Assembly: GCA_965208125.1 (NCBI GenBank)
Contig: OZ242320.1
Coordinates: 96,001-160,000, forward strand
Reading direction: 5' to 3'
Source: Candidatus Latescibacterota bacterium
GTDB lineage: Bacteria > Latescibacterota > UBA2968
Length of the DNA stretch: 64,000 nucleotides
The translations under genes were made by a program, and so were the position numbers. This document shows, piece after piece, positions 17,906-27,573 of the stretch (positions are counted from its first letter, which is position 1; each line of letters opens with the position of its first letter). The notes under the pieces were generated by a model, which saw only the letters and a list, made by a program, of their open reading frames with translations, did not search any database and had not been told where the DNA came from.

Positions 17906-19060
17906 CTACCCTCCAAATGCTTCTCTAACGCGCTCAAAAAAACCTTTTCCACCCTCTGGCGGCTGTATGTTTTCCAATTTGGCAAGCCTGGCAAATAACT
18001 CCTCTTCCTCCCGGCTCAATTTTGCCGGCGTCCAGACCGCTACGCGCACGAGTTGATCGCCCGTGCGATATCCATCCAATTCGGGAATGCCCTTACCGCG
18101 CAATCTAAAAATCCGCCCCGATTGTGTACCAGCAGGGATCTTCATACTCACGCGACCAGTCAGGGTCGGCACTTCTATATCTGCTCCCAGAGCTGCCTGA
18201 CTAAAACTGATGGGCAAATCGTACACAATATCGTTACCGTGTCTTTCAAAATAGTCGTGTTCTTCTTCTTCAACAAAGACCATACAATCGCCTGCTGGTC
18301 CGCCATTTGGCCCGGCATTGCCCTGCCCTCGCAGAGGAATATAATTGCCTTCGGAAATACCCGCCGGGATATTGACCGAAATATCTTTTTGCTTCTTCAC
18401 TCGCCCCTGCCCCTGACAACTATCACATCGCTCGCGCACCACATTGCCATTGCCATTGCACTGTGGACAGGTGGTGACATTGACAAACTGTCCAAACAGG
18501 GAGCGCGTGGCCTGCCGAATCTGCCCTACACCACCACACATATCGCATGTTATGGGGGAACTCCCTGGCTTTGCACCATCACCTCCGCACGTATCACAGG
18601 ACTCCAACCGCGACAGCCGAATGGTTTTTTGAGCACCCTCGGCTATCTCCTCTAACGTCAGACTGATCGAAATCCTCAAATCTTCGCCGCGATTTGACCG
18701 CCGTTGGCTGCGCCGACCAAACAAATCGCCAAAGATACCACCGCCGAAGATCTCATCCAGATTCGAAAAAATATCTTGAAAATCACCAGCGTGCGAAAAG
18801 TCCGACCACTGAAACCCACCACCCCGAAACGTCCCGCTGACGCCTTCGTGTCCAAAGCGGTCATACGCCTGTCGCTTTTGTGCATCCATCAGCACTTCAT
18901 AAGCTTCGGCACCTTCTTTGAACATTTCCTCTGCTTGTGGATTATCCTTATTGCGATCCGGGTGATATTTCAGTGCGTGCTTGCGATAAGCTTTCTTAAT
19001 CTCATCTTCCGAAGCTCCGCGATCCACCCCCAATATCTCGTAATAATCTCTTTTGGCCAT
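17906..19060 (-). CDS. dnaJ: Molecular chaperone DnaJ
   Basis: J domain with HPD, G/F region, four CxxCxGxG motifs. Confidence 0.97.
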   Translation of the reverse strand: MAKRDYYEILGVDRGASEDEIKKAYRKHALKYHPDRNKDNPQAEEMFKEGAEAYEVLMDAQKRQAYDRFGHEGVSGTFRGGGFQWSDFSHAGDFQDIFSNLDEIFGGGIFGDLFGRRSQRRSNRGEDLRISISLTLEEIAEGAQKTIRLSRLESCDTCGGDGAKPGSSPITCDMCGGVGQIRQATRSLFGQFVNVTTCPQCNGNGNVVRERCDSCQGQGRVKKQKDISVNIPAGISEGNYIPLRGQGNAGPNGGPAGDCMVFVEEEEHDYFERHGNDIVYDLPISFSQAALGADIEVPTLTGRVSMKIPAGTQSGRIFRLRGKGIPELDGYRTGDQLVRVAVWTPAKLSREEEELFARLAKLENIQPPEGGKGFFERVREAFGG

Positions 19061-19085
19061 TGACCTTTCCCATCAACAAACATGT

Positions 19086-19111
19086 AAAAAGAGCCGCTCA
19101 TTTGCGACCCT
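19086..19111 (-). terminator. Terminator-like hairpin between grpE and dnaJ
   Basis: Minus strand AGGGTCGC-AAATGA-GCGGCTCT followed by TTTT. Confidence 0.45.
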
Positions 19112-19113
19112 GT

Positions 19114-19803
19114 TCATAGTTTATCTGCCTCCGCGTCCTCTTCCGGGGCCTCCGGTGCGGGTTTGCCCTGACTTACCACCACTTTCGCCGGGCGCAGCAC
19201 CTTATCGCCCAGGCTATATCCTTTTTCAATCTCATCCGAAACAATACCGGCATCGTGGACTTCTGATGGCATCTGCATCAATGCTTCATGCACAGTCGGA
19301 TCAAATGGTTTGCCAACCGTCTCAATTTCTTTCAGATTGCGATTGTAGAGCACGCGCGGAAATTGCTCCATAATCATTTTTATGCCTTCTTGAAATCCCT
19401 CTGACTCCGTATCCCCATTTTCGCTGTGTGCCAATGCGCGGCCAACCCCATCTAAAATGGGCAATAAATCGCGAATTACATCTTCGCTGGCAGATTGCAC
19501 AAGGATCTCAAATTCTCGCGCCCTGCGCTTTTTGTAATTCTCAAACTCAGCGGCAAGACGCATCCATCGATCCTTGTACATTTCGGCTTCTTCGCGGGCC
19601 AAAAATAACGGAGTAGCCTCTATCTTCTCCTTTGGCTCCTCCGATTGACCGGTCTCCTCATCAATCTCATCTGATTGATCGGCCTCATCATTAATCTCAT
19701 CTTTCACCACCTCTACCTCCGCATCCTCCATCACCTCATCTTCCACCACCTCTGCATCTACATCTTCCAAGACTTCTTCTTTCTGTGCTTTCTTCTGTGC
19801 CAT
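19114..19803 (-). CDS. grpE: Nucleotide exchange factor GrpE
   Basis: RLAAEFENYKKR, LLPILD, FDPTVHEA, GYSLGDKVLRPAKVVV; acidic N-terminus. Confidence 0.95.
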   Translation of the reverse strand: MAQKKAQKEEVLEDVDAEVVEDEVMEDAEVEVVKDEINDEADQSDEIDEETGQSEEPKEKIEATPLFLAREEAEMYKDRWMRLAAEFENYKKRRAREFEILVQSASEDVIRDLLPILDGVGRALAHSENGDTESEGFQEGIKMIMEQFPRVLYNRNLKEIETVGKPFDPTVHEALMQMPSEVHDAGIVSDEIEKGYSLGDKVLRPAKVVVSQGKPAPEAPEEDAEADKL

Positions 19804-19821
19804 AAGTTCTCAATAACTCCT

Positions 19822-20847
19822 TTACCTGCGATCCAGCATCTCTTCTGTTAGATTTGCCATATACTGCACCAGGGGAACGAGCCGCCCATAAGGCAATCGC
19901 GTTGGCCCAATAATCCCGATAACACCCGACACATTGCCCACCGAATACGTAGAAGTCAGCAAACTGCAATCCTTGAGCTCGGGAGATTCGTGTTCATCTC
20001 CAATCGTGATGGAAATACCCGCATCTCGCGCGCGGTCACTCAACAAATGCGCTACGTATTCACGAGCTTCCAACATGCCAATCAGACCGGCCAGACGTTC
20101 ACTGGAAAAGTCGGGCTGACCAAAAAAGTTGCGCGTACCATCCATATGCAGATCGGCACTGCTCGGAAATCTGAATAAATGATCAGCACTATTGGCAAGC
20201 AAATGCAACAGCTTAGGAGACCCGGACGATGCGGACGCAAGCCGTTCTTTGACGGACGCCATAATCTCGCCTATAGTAAGCCCAGAAAGCCGCTGGTTGA
20301 CCACCCGCCGCGTTTCTTCCAACTCGTTTTCTTCAATTTCTGAGTCGATTTCGACGACCATAGTCTTGACCAGCCCAGACCGAATAGTCATCACCATCAG
20401 CAGTTTGGATTCACTCAACTTGAGCATTTCTAAACGCTCAAAAATGCCCTGGGTGAACTGTGGGCCAAGTGCAATACCCAGATTGTGCGATACATCGGCC
20501 AAAACTTTGGACACTTGCACCAATAAATCGTCGGCGTTGCCCTCTCGCAAACGCTCGACACTATCCCGAATAGACCGTTGTGCAGCCTCGGCGAGTTCCT
20601 CCCGATTCATCAGCATATCGACATAGTACCGATACCCCTTATCGCTTGGCACCCTCCCAGCCGAAGTGTGAGGCTGGTACAAATAGCCTTTTTCTTCGAG
20701 ATCGGCCATCGAGTTTCGAATGGTCGCCGCGCTGAGCCCCAAATCCATCTTGGAAATTGTGCGCGACCCCACCGGCTCACCTGTGGTGACATAAGTGCCA
20801 ATCAAAATGTCGAGAATTGCTTTTTCCCGAGGTGTCAGTTCGGTCAT
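19822..20847 (-). CDS. hrcA: Heat-inducible transcription repressor HrcA
   Basis: GEPVGSRT, SAATIRNSMADLEEKGYL.QPHTSAGRVPSDKGYRYYVD, GIIGPTR. Confidence 0.95.
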   Translation of the reverse strand: MTELTPREKAILDILIGTYVTTGEPVGSRTISKMDLGLSAATIRNSMADLEEKGYLYQPHTSAGRVPSDKGYRYYVDMLMNREELAEAAQRSIRDSVERLREGNADDLLVQVSKVLADVSHNLGIALGPQFTQGIFERLEMLKLSESKLLMVMTIRSGLVKTMVVEIDSEIEENELEETRRVVNQRLSGLTIGEIMASVKERLASASSGSPKLLHLLANSADHLFRFPSSADLHMDGTRNFFGQPDFSSERLAGLIGMLEAREYVAHLLSDRARDAGISITIGDEHESPELKDCSLLTSTYSVGNVSGVIGIIGPTRLPYGRLVPLVQYMANLTEEMLDRR

Positions 20848-20911
20848 AGCATGTCCCTTTCCGTCTGGATGAAAGGGGAAAAAACGACCTATCCGCGTTG
20901 ATACGTTAGTT

Positions 20912-20940
20912 ATGATATAGGAAGAGGTAGCGATTGTCAA
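20912..20940 (-). promoter_or_regulatory. Sigma70 promoter of hrcA-grpE-dnaJ
   Basis: Minus strand TTGACA-N17-TATCAT. Confidence 0.7.
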
Positions 20941-20948
20941 GCCCCATC

Positions 20949-20986
20949 AAAAAACGGGTTGGCCGACTTACCGGACCAACCCGTTC
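20949..20986 (-). terminator. Intrinsic terminator after 21010..22611
   Basis: Minus strand AACGGGTTGG...CCAACCCGTT followed by TTTT. Confidence 0.75.
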
Positions 20987-21009
20987 CCAATCTCAAACAT
21001 GCTTATTTT

Positions 21010-22611
21010 TTAATTGCCACTCACCGGCTTGCCAAAAGCACTGGCAAAGATCAAAAAGTCTGAAAATGCGACCGTACCATCCCCGTCTAAATCAGCCGCA
21101 GCATTGTATCCCGGTCCTCCCTCACTCGTGCCAAAAGCAGCGGCAAAAAGCAAGAAATCGGAGAAATCGACATCTCCATCACTATCCAGATCAGCACTGC
21201 GCGTCTGAGACGGCGCCTGGCGTATCACGATTAACGCTTGAATTGCGGTCTCGGAAATAGGGAATCCGAGTAAGGAAACGGTATTACCAGGCATCAAGTC
21301 GGTAATGGGAAAAATAAGTTGGACGAGATCATCAACATTGCCAGAAAAGAATATTGCGATAATATCCTCAACATTCTTCTGGTCAAGGGTAATCATCAGA
21401 GCCTGTGATACATCCACTCTTACCTGTTGACCATTGCGTTGAATGAAAAACGAATTGTTTTCAGCATCTACACTCTGAACACTGACCTCTCGAATATCAA
21501 CGGGTTCCGGCTCAGCAATTTCTTCCAGCATGACTTGTAAACCGGTTGCGCTGGCACCATTGACAACCTGAATCAGCGTCGCGGGATCGACGTCACCCGT
21601 GAAGGGATTGATGCCCACAAAAGCACCTAACTGGCCCATGTTTCCCTGTGCATCCACCACATCTTGATTCAAAGCCAGTATAAGTATATAAGACCCATTC
21701 GGCACATGTTTTAACTCAAATGCCAGTTGTTCATTGAGATTGGCAACGCGAACAATAGCACCTTCAAATGGATCTTCGTCATTGCCAGTGATAAGTGCTG
21801 GATTTATCAGCACCGCTACACCAGGACTATCACTCAGCGAAAAACCTTCGGGCAAAATACTTATGCCGGAAACCACAGCATCTGGCAGTTCCACTGTGCC
21901 CCAAAAATACTGTTGAACCTCGGCAATAGGAGCCATATCTGAACGGCCAATAAGCATCTGATAGGTCGCGCCTTCGGGCAAATTAACAGTACCCGTCAAT
22001 TTTGTGCGATCTTCGCTGGCAGCCAAATCTGGAGCCGTTGCAATCGCTTCAATTAACCCAATGGGATAGGAAACAAAATCCAGCCCAATATCCACACCTG
22101 CCGCGTCAACGGTTACAATAGGCATGTTAAACGCAATCTCAAACTGCTGCATCCCACTCGGCACGGGCGGATTCTTCACGTCTTCCTGGAGTGTCACACC
22201 GCCAATCACAAACGAAGTCACAGCGGGCGTAGCTGGCTGTTGTGGTACAAAACTATTGGAATCACCAGGATTTGTCACCTGAATGCTTGGATCTATTGTA
22301 CCATCGCCATCCGGATCACCCAATTCTTGACCATTGGACACGCCATCGCCATCTGAATCGAGCATTGCGAGCATGGCATTCCATTGAACGTTACCACTAC
22401 GACCTGACTGCGTCAGGTAATTGTTGTTGATATCCCTTCCAAAAGGTGTGAGTGGTCCACCTCCACCAGGATCCACATGGCACGAAGCACATCCCAGCGC
22501 ACTGCCATTGGGTAGCTGACTTACGCGGAAAGGACGGGCATCTGCCTGTCCCCATCCAATAAAGACAAGGACCATTACTGATAGCAGTCTGTGAGAATTC
22601 AACCGCGACAT
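21010..22611 (-). CDS. Secreted protein: N-terminal CxxCH/temptin-like domain, C-terminal EF-hand/dockerin-like domain
   Basis: Signal peptide ending ADA; CASCH; GGGPLTPFG...LDSDGDGVSNGQELGDP; C-terminal DLDSDGDVDFSDF...DLDGDGTVAFSDF; AGGAGG before ATG 22611. Confidence 0.75.
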   Translation of the reverse strand: MSRLNSHRLLSVMVLVFIGWGQADARPFRVSQLPNGSALGCASCHVDPGGGGPLTPFGRDINNNYLTQSGRSGNVQWNAMLAMLDSDGDGVSNGQELGDPDGDGTIDPSIQVTNPGDSNSFVPQQPATPAVTSFVIGGVTLQEDVKNPPVPSGMQQFEIAFNMPIVTVDAAGVDIGLDFVSYPIGLIEAIATAPDLAASEDRTKLTGTVNLPEGATYQMLIGRSDMAPIAEVQQYFWGTVELPDAVVSGISILPEGFSLSDSPGVAVLINPALITGNDEDPFEGAIVRVANLNEQLAFELKHVPNGSYILILALNQDVVDAQGNMGQLGAFVGINPFTGDVDPATLIQVVNGASATGLQVMLEEIAEPEPVDIREVSVQSVDAENNSFFIQRNGQQVRVDVSQALMITLDQKNVEDIIAIFFSGNVDDLVQLIFPITDLMPGNTVSLLGFPISETAIQALIVIRQAPSQTRSADLDSDGDVDFSDFLLFAAAFGTSEGGPGYNAAADLDGDGTVAFSDFLIFASAFGKPVSGN

Positions 22612-22963
22612 AAACAATCCTCCTGAAGAGGGTGAATTAGAGACAACACGACGTTGCATCTCATCTCCGGAAAATGTAGATCATGTCCCATTGAAAGGCA
22701 ACTGCTTTTTCAGTAAAAAAAATTGTCTTGCAACTTGTAGAGAAATGTATATAATTAGACCTTGTTTTTTTCGTATTCTTCTATAATTGAATCTTGTTTT
22801 TCGGGTATCATCGCCCGACAGTGTAACACATATTTAATACATGAGAAATCACGCGGAAACAAACACCATCTATATTCCGTGCCGATGTTTCGGGTCGGCA
22901 AAACTGTCGATCCTTTCATTTATCAATACCAGGCCACATTTCTCACCATGAAAGGAGCAAAAT

Positions 22964-24382
22964 ATGGCCCAAACGCCACAAGATGTTCTTGCAATGATCG
23001 CAGATCAGGGCATTAGAGTTGTCGATTTTCGCTTTACCGATTTTCCCGGACATTGGCAGCATTTTACTGTCATGGCCTCCGAGATCGAAGAAGAAACCTT
23101 TGAAGACGGACTCGGCTTTGACGGATCCAGTATTCGCGGCTGGCAGGCCATCAACGAATCGGACATGCTCGTCATACCCGATCCCGCCACAGCGTTGATC
23201 GATCCCTTCCTCGAAGAACCCACCCTCGTAATGATCTGTAATATTGCCGATCCCATCACCAAAAGCGGCTATTCGCGCGACCCGCGTTCGGTCGCTCAAA
23301 AAGCCGAAGCTTATATGCAATCCACGGGCATTGGCGATACGGCATTTTTCGGTCCAGAAGCCGAATTTTTTGTTTTTGACGATGTGCGCTTTGGCGAAGG
23401 GTCAAACCACGCCTTTCACAGCGTAGATTCAGTTGAAGGCTACTGGAATTCGGGCAGAGATGAAGGTCCCAACCTCGGTTACAAACCCCGCCACAAAGAA
23501 GGCTATTTCCCCGTGCCGCCCCACGACACGCTGCAAAATATACGTACCGAAATGGTGCTGACCATGGAAGAGGTCGGCATTGACATTGAAGTTCACCACC
23601 ACGAAGTATCAACCGGTGGTCAGGGCGAAATCGACATTCGGTTCTGCCCGATGGTCACATGCGCCGACAGAATGACCTGGTACAAATACATCGTCAAAAA
23701 CGTGGCACACAAACACGGCAAAACCGCCACCTTTATGCCCAAACCGCTTTTTGAAGACAATGGCACGGGCATGCACACGCACCAGAGCATCTGGAAAGGC
23801 GATGAGCCTCTCTTTGCCGGGTCGGGATACGCGGGCCTGAGCGAAATGGCACTGCACTATATCGGCGGCATTCTCAAACACGCCGATGCGTTGATCGCAT
23901 TGACCAACCCGACCACCAACTCGTTTAAGCGTCTGGTACCCGGGTATGAAGCCCCGGTCAATCTGGCCTATTCGCAGCGCAATCGCAGTGCTGCAATACG
24001 CCTCCCGATGTATTCTCAAAGTCCCAAAGCCAAGCGCGTCGAATTTCGGTGTCCGGACCCGAGTGCCAATCCCTATCTGGCTTTCGCGGCCATGTTAATG
24101 GCTGGCCTGGACGGCATTCAAAACAAAATTCATCCAGGGGATCCGCTCGACAAAAACCTCTACGACCTCGAACCCGAAGAAGCCGCATCCATCCCGCAGA
24201 CACCGGGTTCACTGTCCGATGCCCTCGATGCATTGGCGGCGGATCACGACTTCCTGCTCAAGGGTGATGTCTTTACCGAAGACGTGATCGAAACGTGGAT
24301 CGAATACAAGCGCGAAAACGAAGTTGACGCCATCAACCAGCGTCCTCATCCACACGAATTCGCACTTTATTTCGATGTGTAA
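22964..24382 (+). CDS. glnA: Type I glutamine synthetase (GSI-beta)
   Basis: [48 protein letters not shown]; adenylylation site KNLYDL. Confidence 0.98.
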   Translation: MAQTPQDVLAMIADQGIRVVDFRFTDFPGHWQHFTVMASEIEEETFEDGLGFDGSSIRGWQAINESDMLVIPDPATALIDPFLEEPTLVMICNIADPITKSGYSRDPRSVAQKAEAYMQSTGIGDTAFFGPEAEFFVFDDVRFGEGSNHAFHSVDSVEGYWNSGRDEGPNLGYKPRHKEGYFPVPPHDTLQNIRTEMVLTMEEVGIDIEVHHHEVSTGGQGEIDIRFCPMVTCADRMTWYKYIVKNVAHKHGKTATFMPKPLFEDNGTGMHTHQSIWKGDEPLFAGSGYAGLSEMALHYIGGILKHADALIALTNPTTNSFKRLVPGYEAPVNLAYSQRNRSAAIRLPMYSQSPKAKRVEFRCPDPSANPYLAFAAMLMAGLDGIQNKIHPGDPLDKNLYDLEPEEAASIPQTPGSLSDALDALAADHDFLLKGDVFTEDVIETWIEYKRENEVDAINQRPHPHEFALYFDV

Positions 24383-24405
24383 TATTGTAAGCCGTTTTTA
24401 GAGGC

Positions 24406-24449
24406 ACAAAAAAGCAGGTGGTTATATTCCGACCACCTGCTTTTTTTGT
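24406..24449. terminator. Bidirectional intrinsic terminator
   Basis: AAAAAAGCAGGTGGT / ACCACCTGCTTTTTT between convergent genes. Confidence 0.85.
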
Positions 24450-24459
24450 CCAGTCTCTC

Positions 24460-25248
24460 TCAATCCCTCAACTTCGTCTTCTCATCCCACCTCACCAAAT
24501 CCAGATATTTTTGTGAAAAGCCAATCGCATCCCGAACATCGGCACCGCGCATGTCGGCATTATCAAACTGGGCTTTGAAGAGATCGGTTTTTTGCATGTG
24601 GGCGCGTTGGAGATTGGCCTGGCGCAAATCTACTTTGACGAGATCGGCCTCCTGGAGCCTGGCACTTTGCAGATTGGCTCCCCTCAAATTGGCATCGGTC
24701 AAATCCGATTTTCTGATATCGGCTGTACGCAAGATAGCATTTTCGAAATCCACTTTGACCAATATAGCCTCTGACAAATTGGCCTTGTAGAAATTCGCAT
24801 TTTTGCATCTGGCTCCGCGCAAATTGCACCCTGCCAATTTTGCCTCCTCAAAATTTGCGTCTTCCATATTTGCACCGCTGAGATCAGCCAATTCCAAATC
24901 CGCCGGCGAGACCTGTGCGCCTTTCATATTCGCTCCTGTAAGGATCGCATTCTGCAAGAACGCCCCACTTAAATCAACCTCTTCGAGATTTGCATCGCGC
25001 AAATTGGCCTGTAAAAGACGCGCGCGCTGTAAGTTCGCACCCGATAAATTGGCACCCCGTAACTGCGCGCCACTGAGAATGGCTTCGCGCATATCGGCAT
25101 GTTGTAATGCGGCATTTTGCAATTCCGCTCGGTTTAAATTTGCACCGACCAGATCAGCGCGTACTCCCTCTGTCCCGTTGGACGCTATCCAGGCTTGATG
25201 TCGTGCAAGGATCTCGCGCATCTGTGCAGGTGAAAGAGTTATGGGCAT
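24460..25248 (-). CDS. Pentapeptide repeat protein
   Basis: Continuous A(N/D)Lxx repeats after an HQAWIAS..G.RADL N-terminus. Confidence 0.9.
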   Translation of the reverse strand: MPITLSPAQMREILARHQAWIASNGTEGVRADLVGANLNRAELQNAALQHADMREAILSGAQLRGANLSGANLQRARLLQANLRDANLEEVDLSGAFLQNAILTGANMKGAQVSPADLELADLSGANMEDANFEEAKLAGCNLRGARCKNANFYKANLSEAILVKVDFENAILRTADIRKSDLTDANLRGANLQSARLQEADLVKVDLRQANLQRAHMQKTDLFKAQFDNADMRGADVRDAIGFSQKYLDLVRWDEKTKLRD

Positions 25249-25264
25249 GTGATTTCTCCCTTCG

Positions 25265-25822
25265 CTAAATTCTGATAATTTCGTTTTCGGTTATGATCAA
25301 ATCCATCTTCACATCGTGTGGCTCGGCAGGCACGCGATCTATAATCTGAAAACTATAAGATAAGCCGATTCGAACTGCTTCAGTCCGTGCCAGAAATCGG
25401 TCATAATATCCACCCCCCGATCCAATCCGATGCCCAAAGCGATCAAAAGCAATGCCCGGAATGAGAATCACGTCAATGGTATGAGGCAACAGCACCTTTT
25501 GGGAATCTGGAACCGGTTCGCGCAAACCATAATGCACAGGTCGCAGTTCACTCAGTCCCAAAATCGCTTGAAAATCCATATCTCCATCTTCCCGCGTAAC
25601 AGGTACTCCCACCTGTTTGCCACTTCCAATTGCTTTTTGGATCACTATTCTCGTATCCACCTCATTTTTTATTGACACATAACAGGCAATACGCCGTGCA
25701 AGCTGGTATGCTGGCATATCGATTAGCTGGCGATAAATACGCAAACTCTTCTCGCGAACAACTCGTTCGGACATTTGGATACGCTCGGTGTGAAGGCTAC
25801 GTTTTAGATCTGGCTTTGTCAT
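25265..25822 (-). CDS. 5-formyltetrahydrofolate cyclo-ligase
   Basis: EVDT, GLREP, IPGIAFDRFGHRIGSGGGYYDRFL, EPHDVKMDLIITE. Confidence 0.92.
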   Translation of the reverse strand: MTKPDLKRSLHTERIQMSERVVREKSLRIYRQLIDMPAYQLARRIACYVSIKNEVDTRIVIQKAIGSGKQVGVPVTREDGDMDFQAILGLSELRPVHYGLREPVPDSQKVLLPHTIDVILIPGIAFDRFGHRIGSGGGYYDRFLARTEAVRIGLSYSFQIIDRVPAEPHDVKMDLIITENEIIRI

Positions 25823-25843
25823 AATAAGTTTCTCGCTTCTCGC

Positions 25844-25872
25844 TTGACTTTAATAAATTAAACCGTTAAAAT
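25844..25872 (+). promoter_or_regulatory. Sigma70 promoter of the uppS operon
   Basis: TTGACT-N17-TAAAAT. Confidence 0.65.
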
Positions 25873-25939
25873 TTCACAACATTTTTTATTATATTTATCG
25901 ACATTTAGGCGGACAAGTTGAATTTTCATCGTTAATAAT

Positions 25940-26779
25940 ATGAAAGACACACACATAAACGGCTCTCGCGACTGTACTCAGCTTCAAGATAGACTAAAAG
26001 CGCGAGGCAACCTGCCGTCGCATATTGCGATAATTATGGATGGCAATGGGCGGTGGGCGCAACAGCGAGATTTGCGCCGCACAGATGGGCATCGGTCTGC
26101 CCGCGAAACCGTGCGCGATATTGTGCGTGCATGTGGCGAACTCGAAATAGATATTCTCACTCTGTTCACCTTTGGCACAGACAATTGGCGTCGTCCCTGG
26201 TCAGAAGTATTGTCACTGATGCAATTGTTGCGTGACTGTTCACACGAAGAACTCAATGAATTGCAGGAAAACAACGTGCGTCTCATCGCAACCGGCGATA
26301 CGGAGCGGCTGGTAAAGCACTCGCGTAAAGCACTTAGAAATGCCATTCGCGAAACGGCTAACAATACGGGGCTTACGCTTAATCTCGCGTTGAGCTACGA
26401 CGGTAAGAGCGATATCCTTCAAGCCGTACAAAGCATCGCTGTCGATATCGCACAGGGACGTATTTCACCAGATGCAATTGATGCCGATTTATTTTCCCAA
26501 CACCTTTATACGGGTAACTTGCCCGATCCCGATTTATTGATTCGCACCAGCGGTGAAGTTCGCTTGAGCAATTTTATGCTCTGGCAGTGCGCTTATACCG
26601 AGTTCTGGTTTACAGATGTACTGTGGCCTGATTTTAAGCGCGAGCACCTCTACGAAGCCATCCGCAGTTATCAAAATCGAGAACGGCGGTTTGGCAAAAC
26701 AGGACTTCAATTACGCGATGAAACGCTCGCAAGTAAAACCAATGGGTCTTCGGAGGACTTGTGGCAAAGTCCAATCTAA
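25940..26779 (+). CDS. uppS: Undecaprenyl diphosphate synthase (isoprenyl transferase)
   Basis: HIAIIMDGNGRWA, PDPDLLIRTSGEVRLSNFMLWQ. Confidence 0.95.
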   Translation: MKDTHINGSRDCTQLQDRLKARGNLPSHIAIIMDGNGRWAQQRDLRRTDGHRSARETVRDIVRACGELEIDILTLFTFGTDNWRRPWSEVLSLMQLLRDCSHEELNELQENNVRLIATGDTERLVKHSRKALRNAIRETANNTGLTLNLALSYDGKSDILQAVQSIAVDIAQGRISPDAIDADLFSQHLYTGNLPDPDLLIRTSGEVRLSNFMLWQCAYTEFWFTDVLWPDFKREHLYEAIRSYQNRERRFGKTGLQLRDETLASKTNGSSEDLWQSPI

Positions 26780-27573
26780 TTCAGCGCGTGTTGGCGGCCG
26801 CAGTTTTTGGTCCAGTTTTGGTGGTACTATTCTGGTTGGGTGACTATTGGCTATTTGTGATGTGGTGCGGCGTGGTCTCTGTAGGAACCTGGGAATTTTA
26901 TCGCATGCTATCTCAGAAAGGGCTGTACCCCTGGACGGGATTTGGCATTGTTATATCTCTCTCCTGGTGTGTTGTAGCATTTGTTATTGGGCCAAATGTT
27001 TTCGCATTTTTTTTTCTCGTATTATTGCTATTAATGTTTAGCGTAGCCCTGTTTCGAGACACCACAGGCTATCGCCTGCTCAACGCAGGAGGCACGCTTT
27101 TAGGTGTACTTTACGTCGGTTTTTTGGGCAGTTTTGTTCTCATAGTGAGAAACTCATTGCCCTTTGGTGCGTCAGAACAGGGGCAAGTTGCTGTTCTCAT
27201 CTTACTGGGGATTTGGGCCAATGATACAATGGCCTATTTTTTTGGACGGTGGTTTGGCCGATGGCACCCCTTTCCTTCCATAAGCGCGGCAAAGACCGAA
27301 GCCGGATTCATCGGAGGTCTTCTATCCGCACTTTTGGTCATAGGACTTGGCGCGCAGATACTTGAATTATTTAATATAACCCAAAGCCTCATACTCGGCC
27401 TTCTCATTGGCATCGGGGCATCTTTGGGAGATCTCGTTGAATCCATGATCAAACGCGATATGGACGTCAAAGATACGTCGGAACTGATCCCTGGACACGG
27501 TGGTGTGCTGGATCGCTTTGACAGTGCTTTTTTTGTTTTCCCACTTATTTATCTTTATTTACAATTTTTATGA
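26761..27573 (+). CDS. cdsA: Phosphatidate cytidylyltransferase
   Basis: DTMAYFFG, GDLVESMIKR..VKD....IPGHGGVLDRFDS; GTG start. Confidence 0.93.
   Translation: MAKSNLIQRVLAAAVFGPVLVVLFWLGDYWLFVMWCGVVSVGTWEFYRMLSQKGLYPWTGFGIVISLSWCVVAFVIGPNVFAFFFLVLLLLMFSVALFRDTTGYRLLNAGGTLLGVLYVGFLGSFVLIVRNSLPFGASEQGQVAVLILLGIWANDTMAYFFGRWFGRWHPFPSISAAKTEAGFIGGLLSALLVIGLGAQILELFNITQSLILGLLIGIGASLGDLVESMIKRDMDVKDTSELIPGHGGVLDRFDSAFFVFPLIYLYLQFL

Noticed and set aside
20848-21009. CIRCE operator upstream of hrcA
   Set aside because: No TTAGCACTC-N9-GAGTGCTAA or close variant is visible
25823-25939. 6S RNA upstream of the 5-FTHF cyclo-ligase gene
   Set aside because: The spacer is only ~117 bp, AT-rich, holds the uppS promoter and lacks a long rod-like self-complementarity
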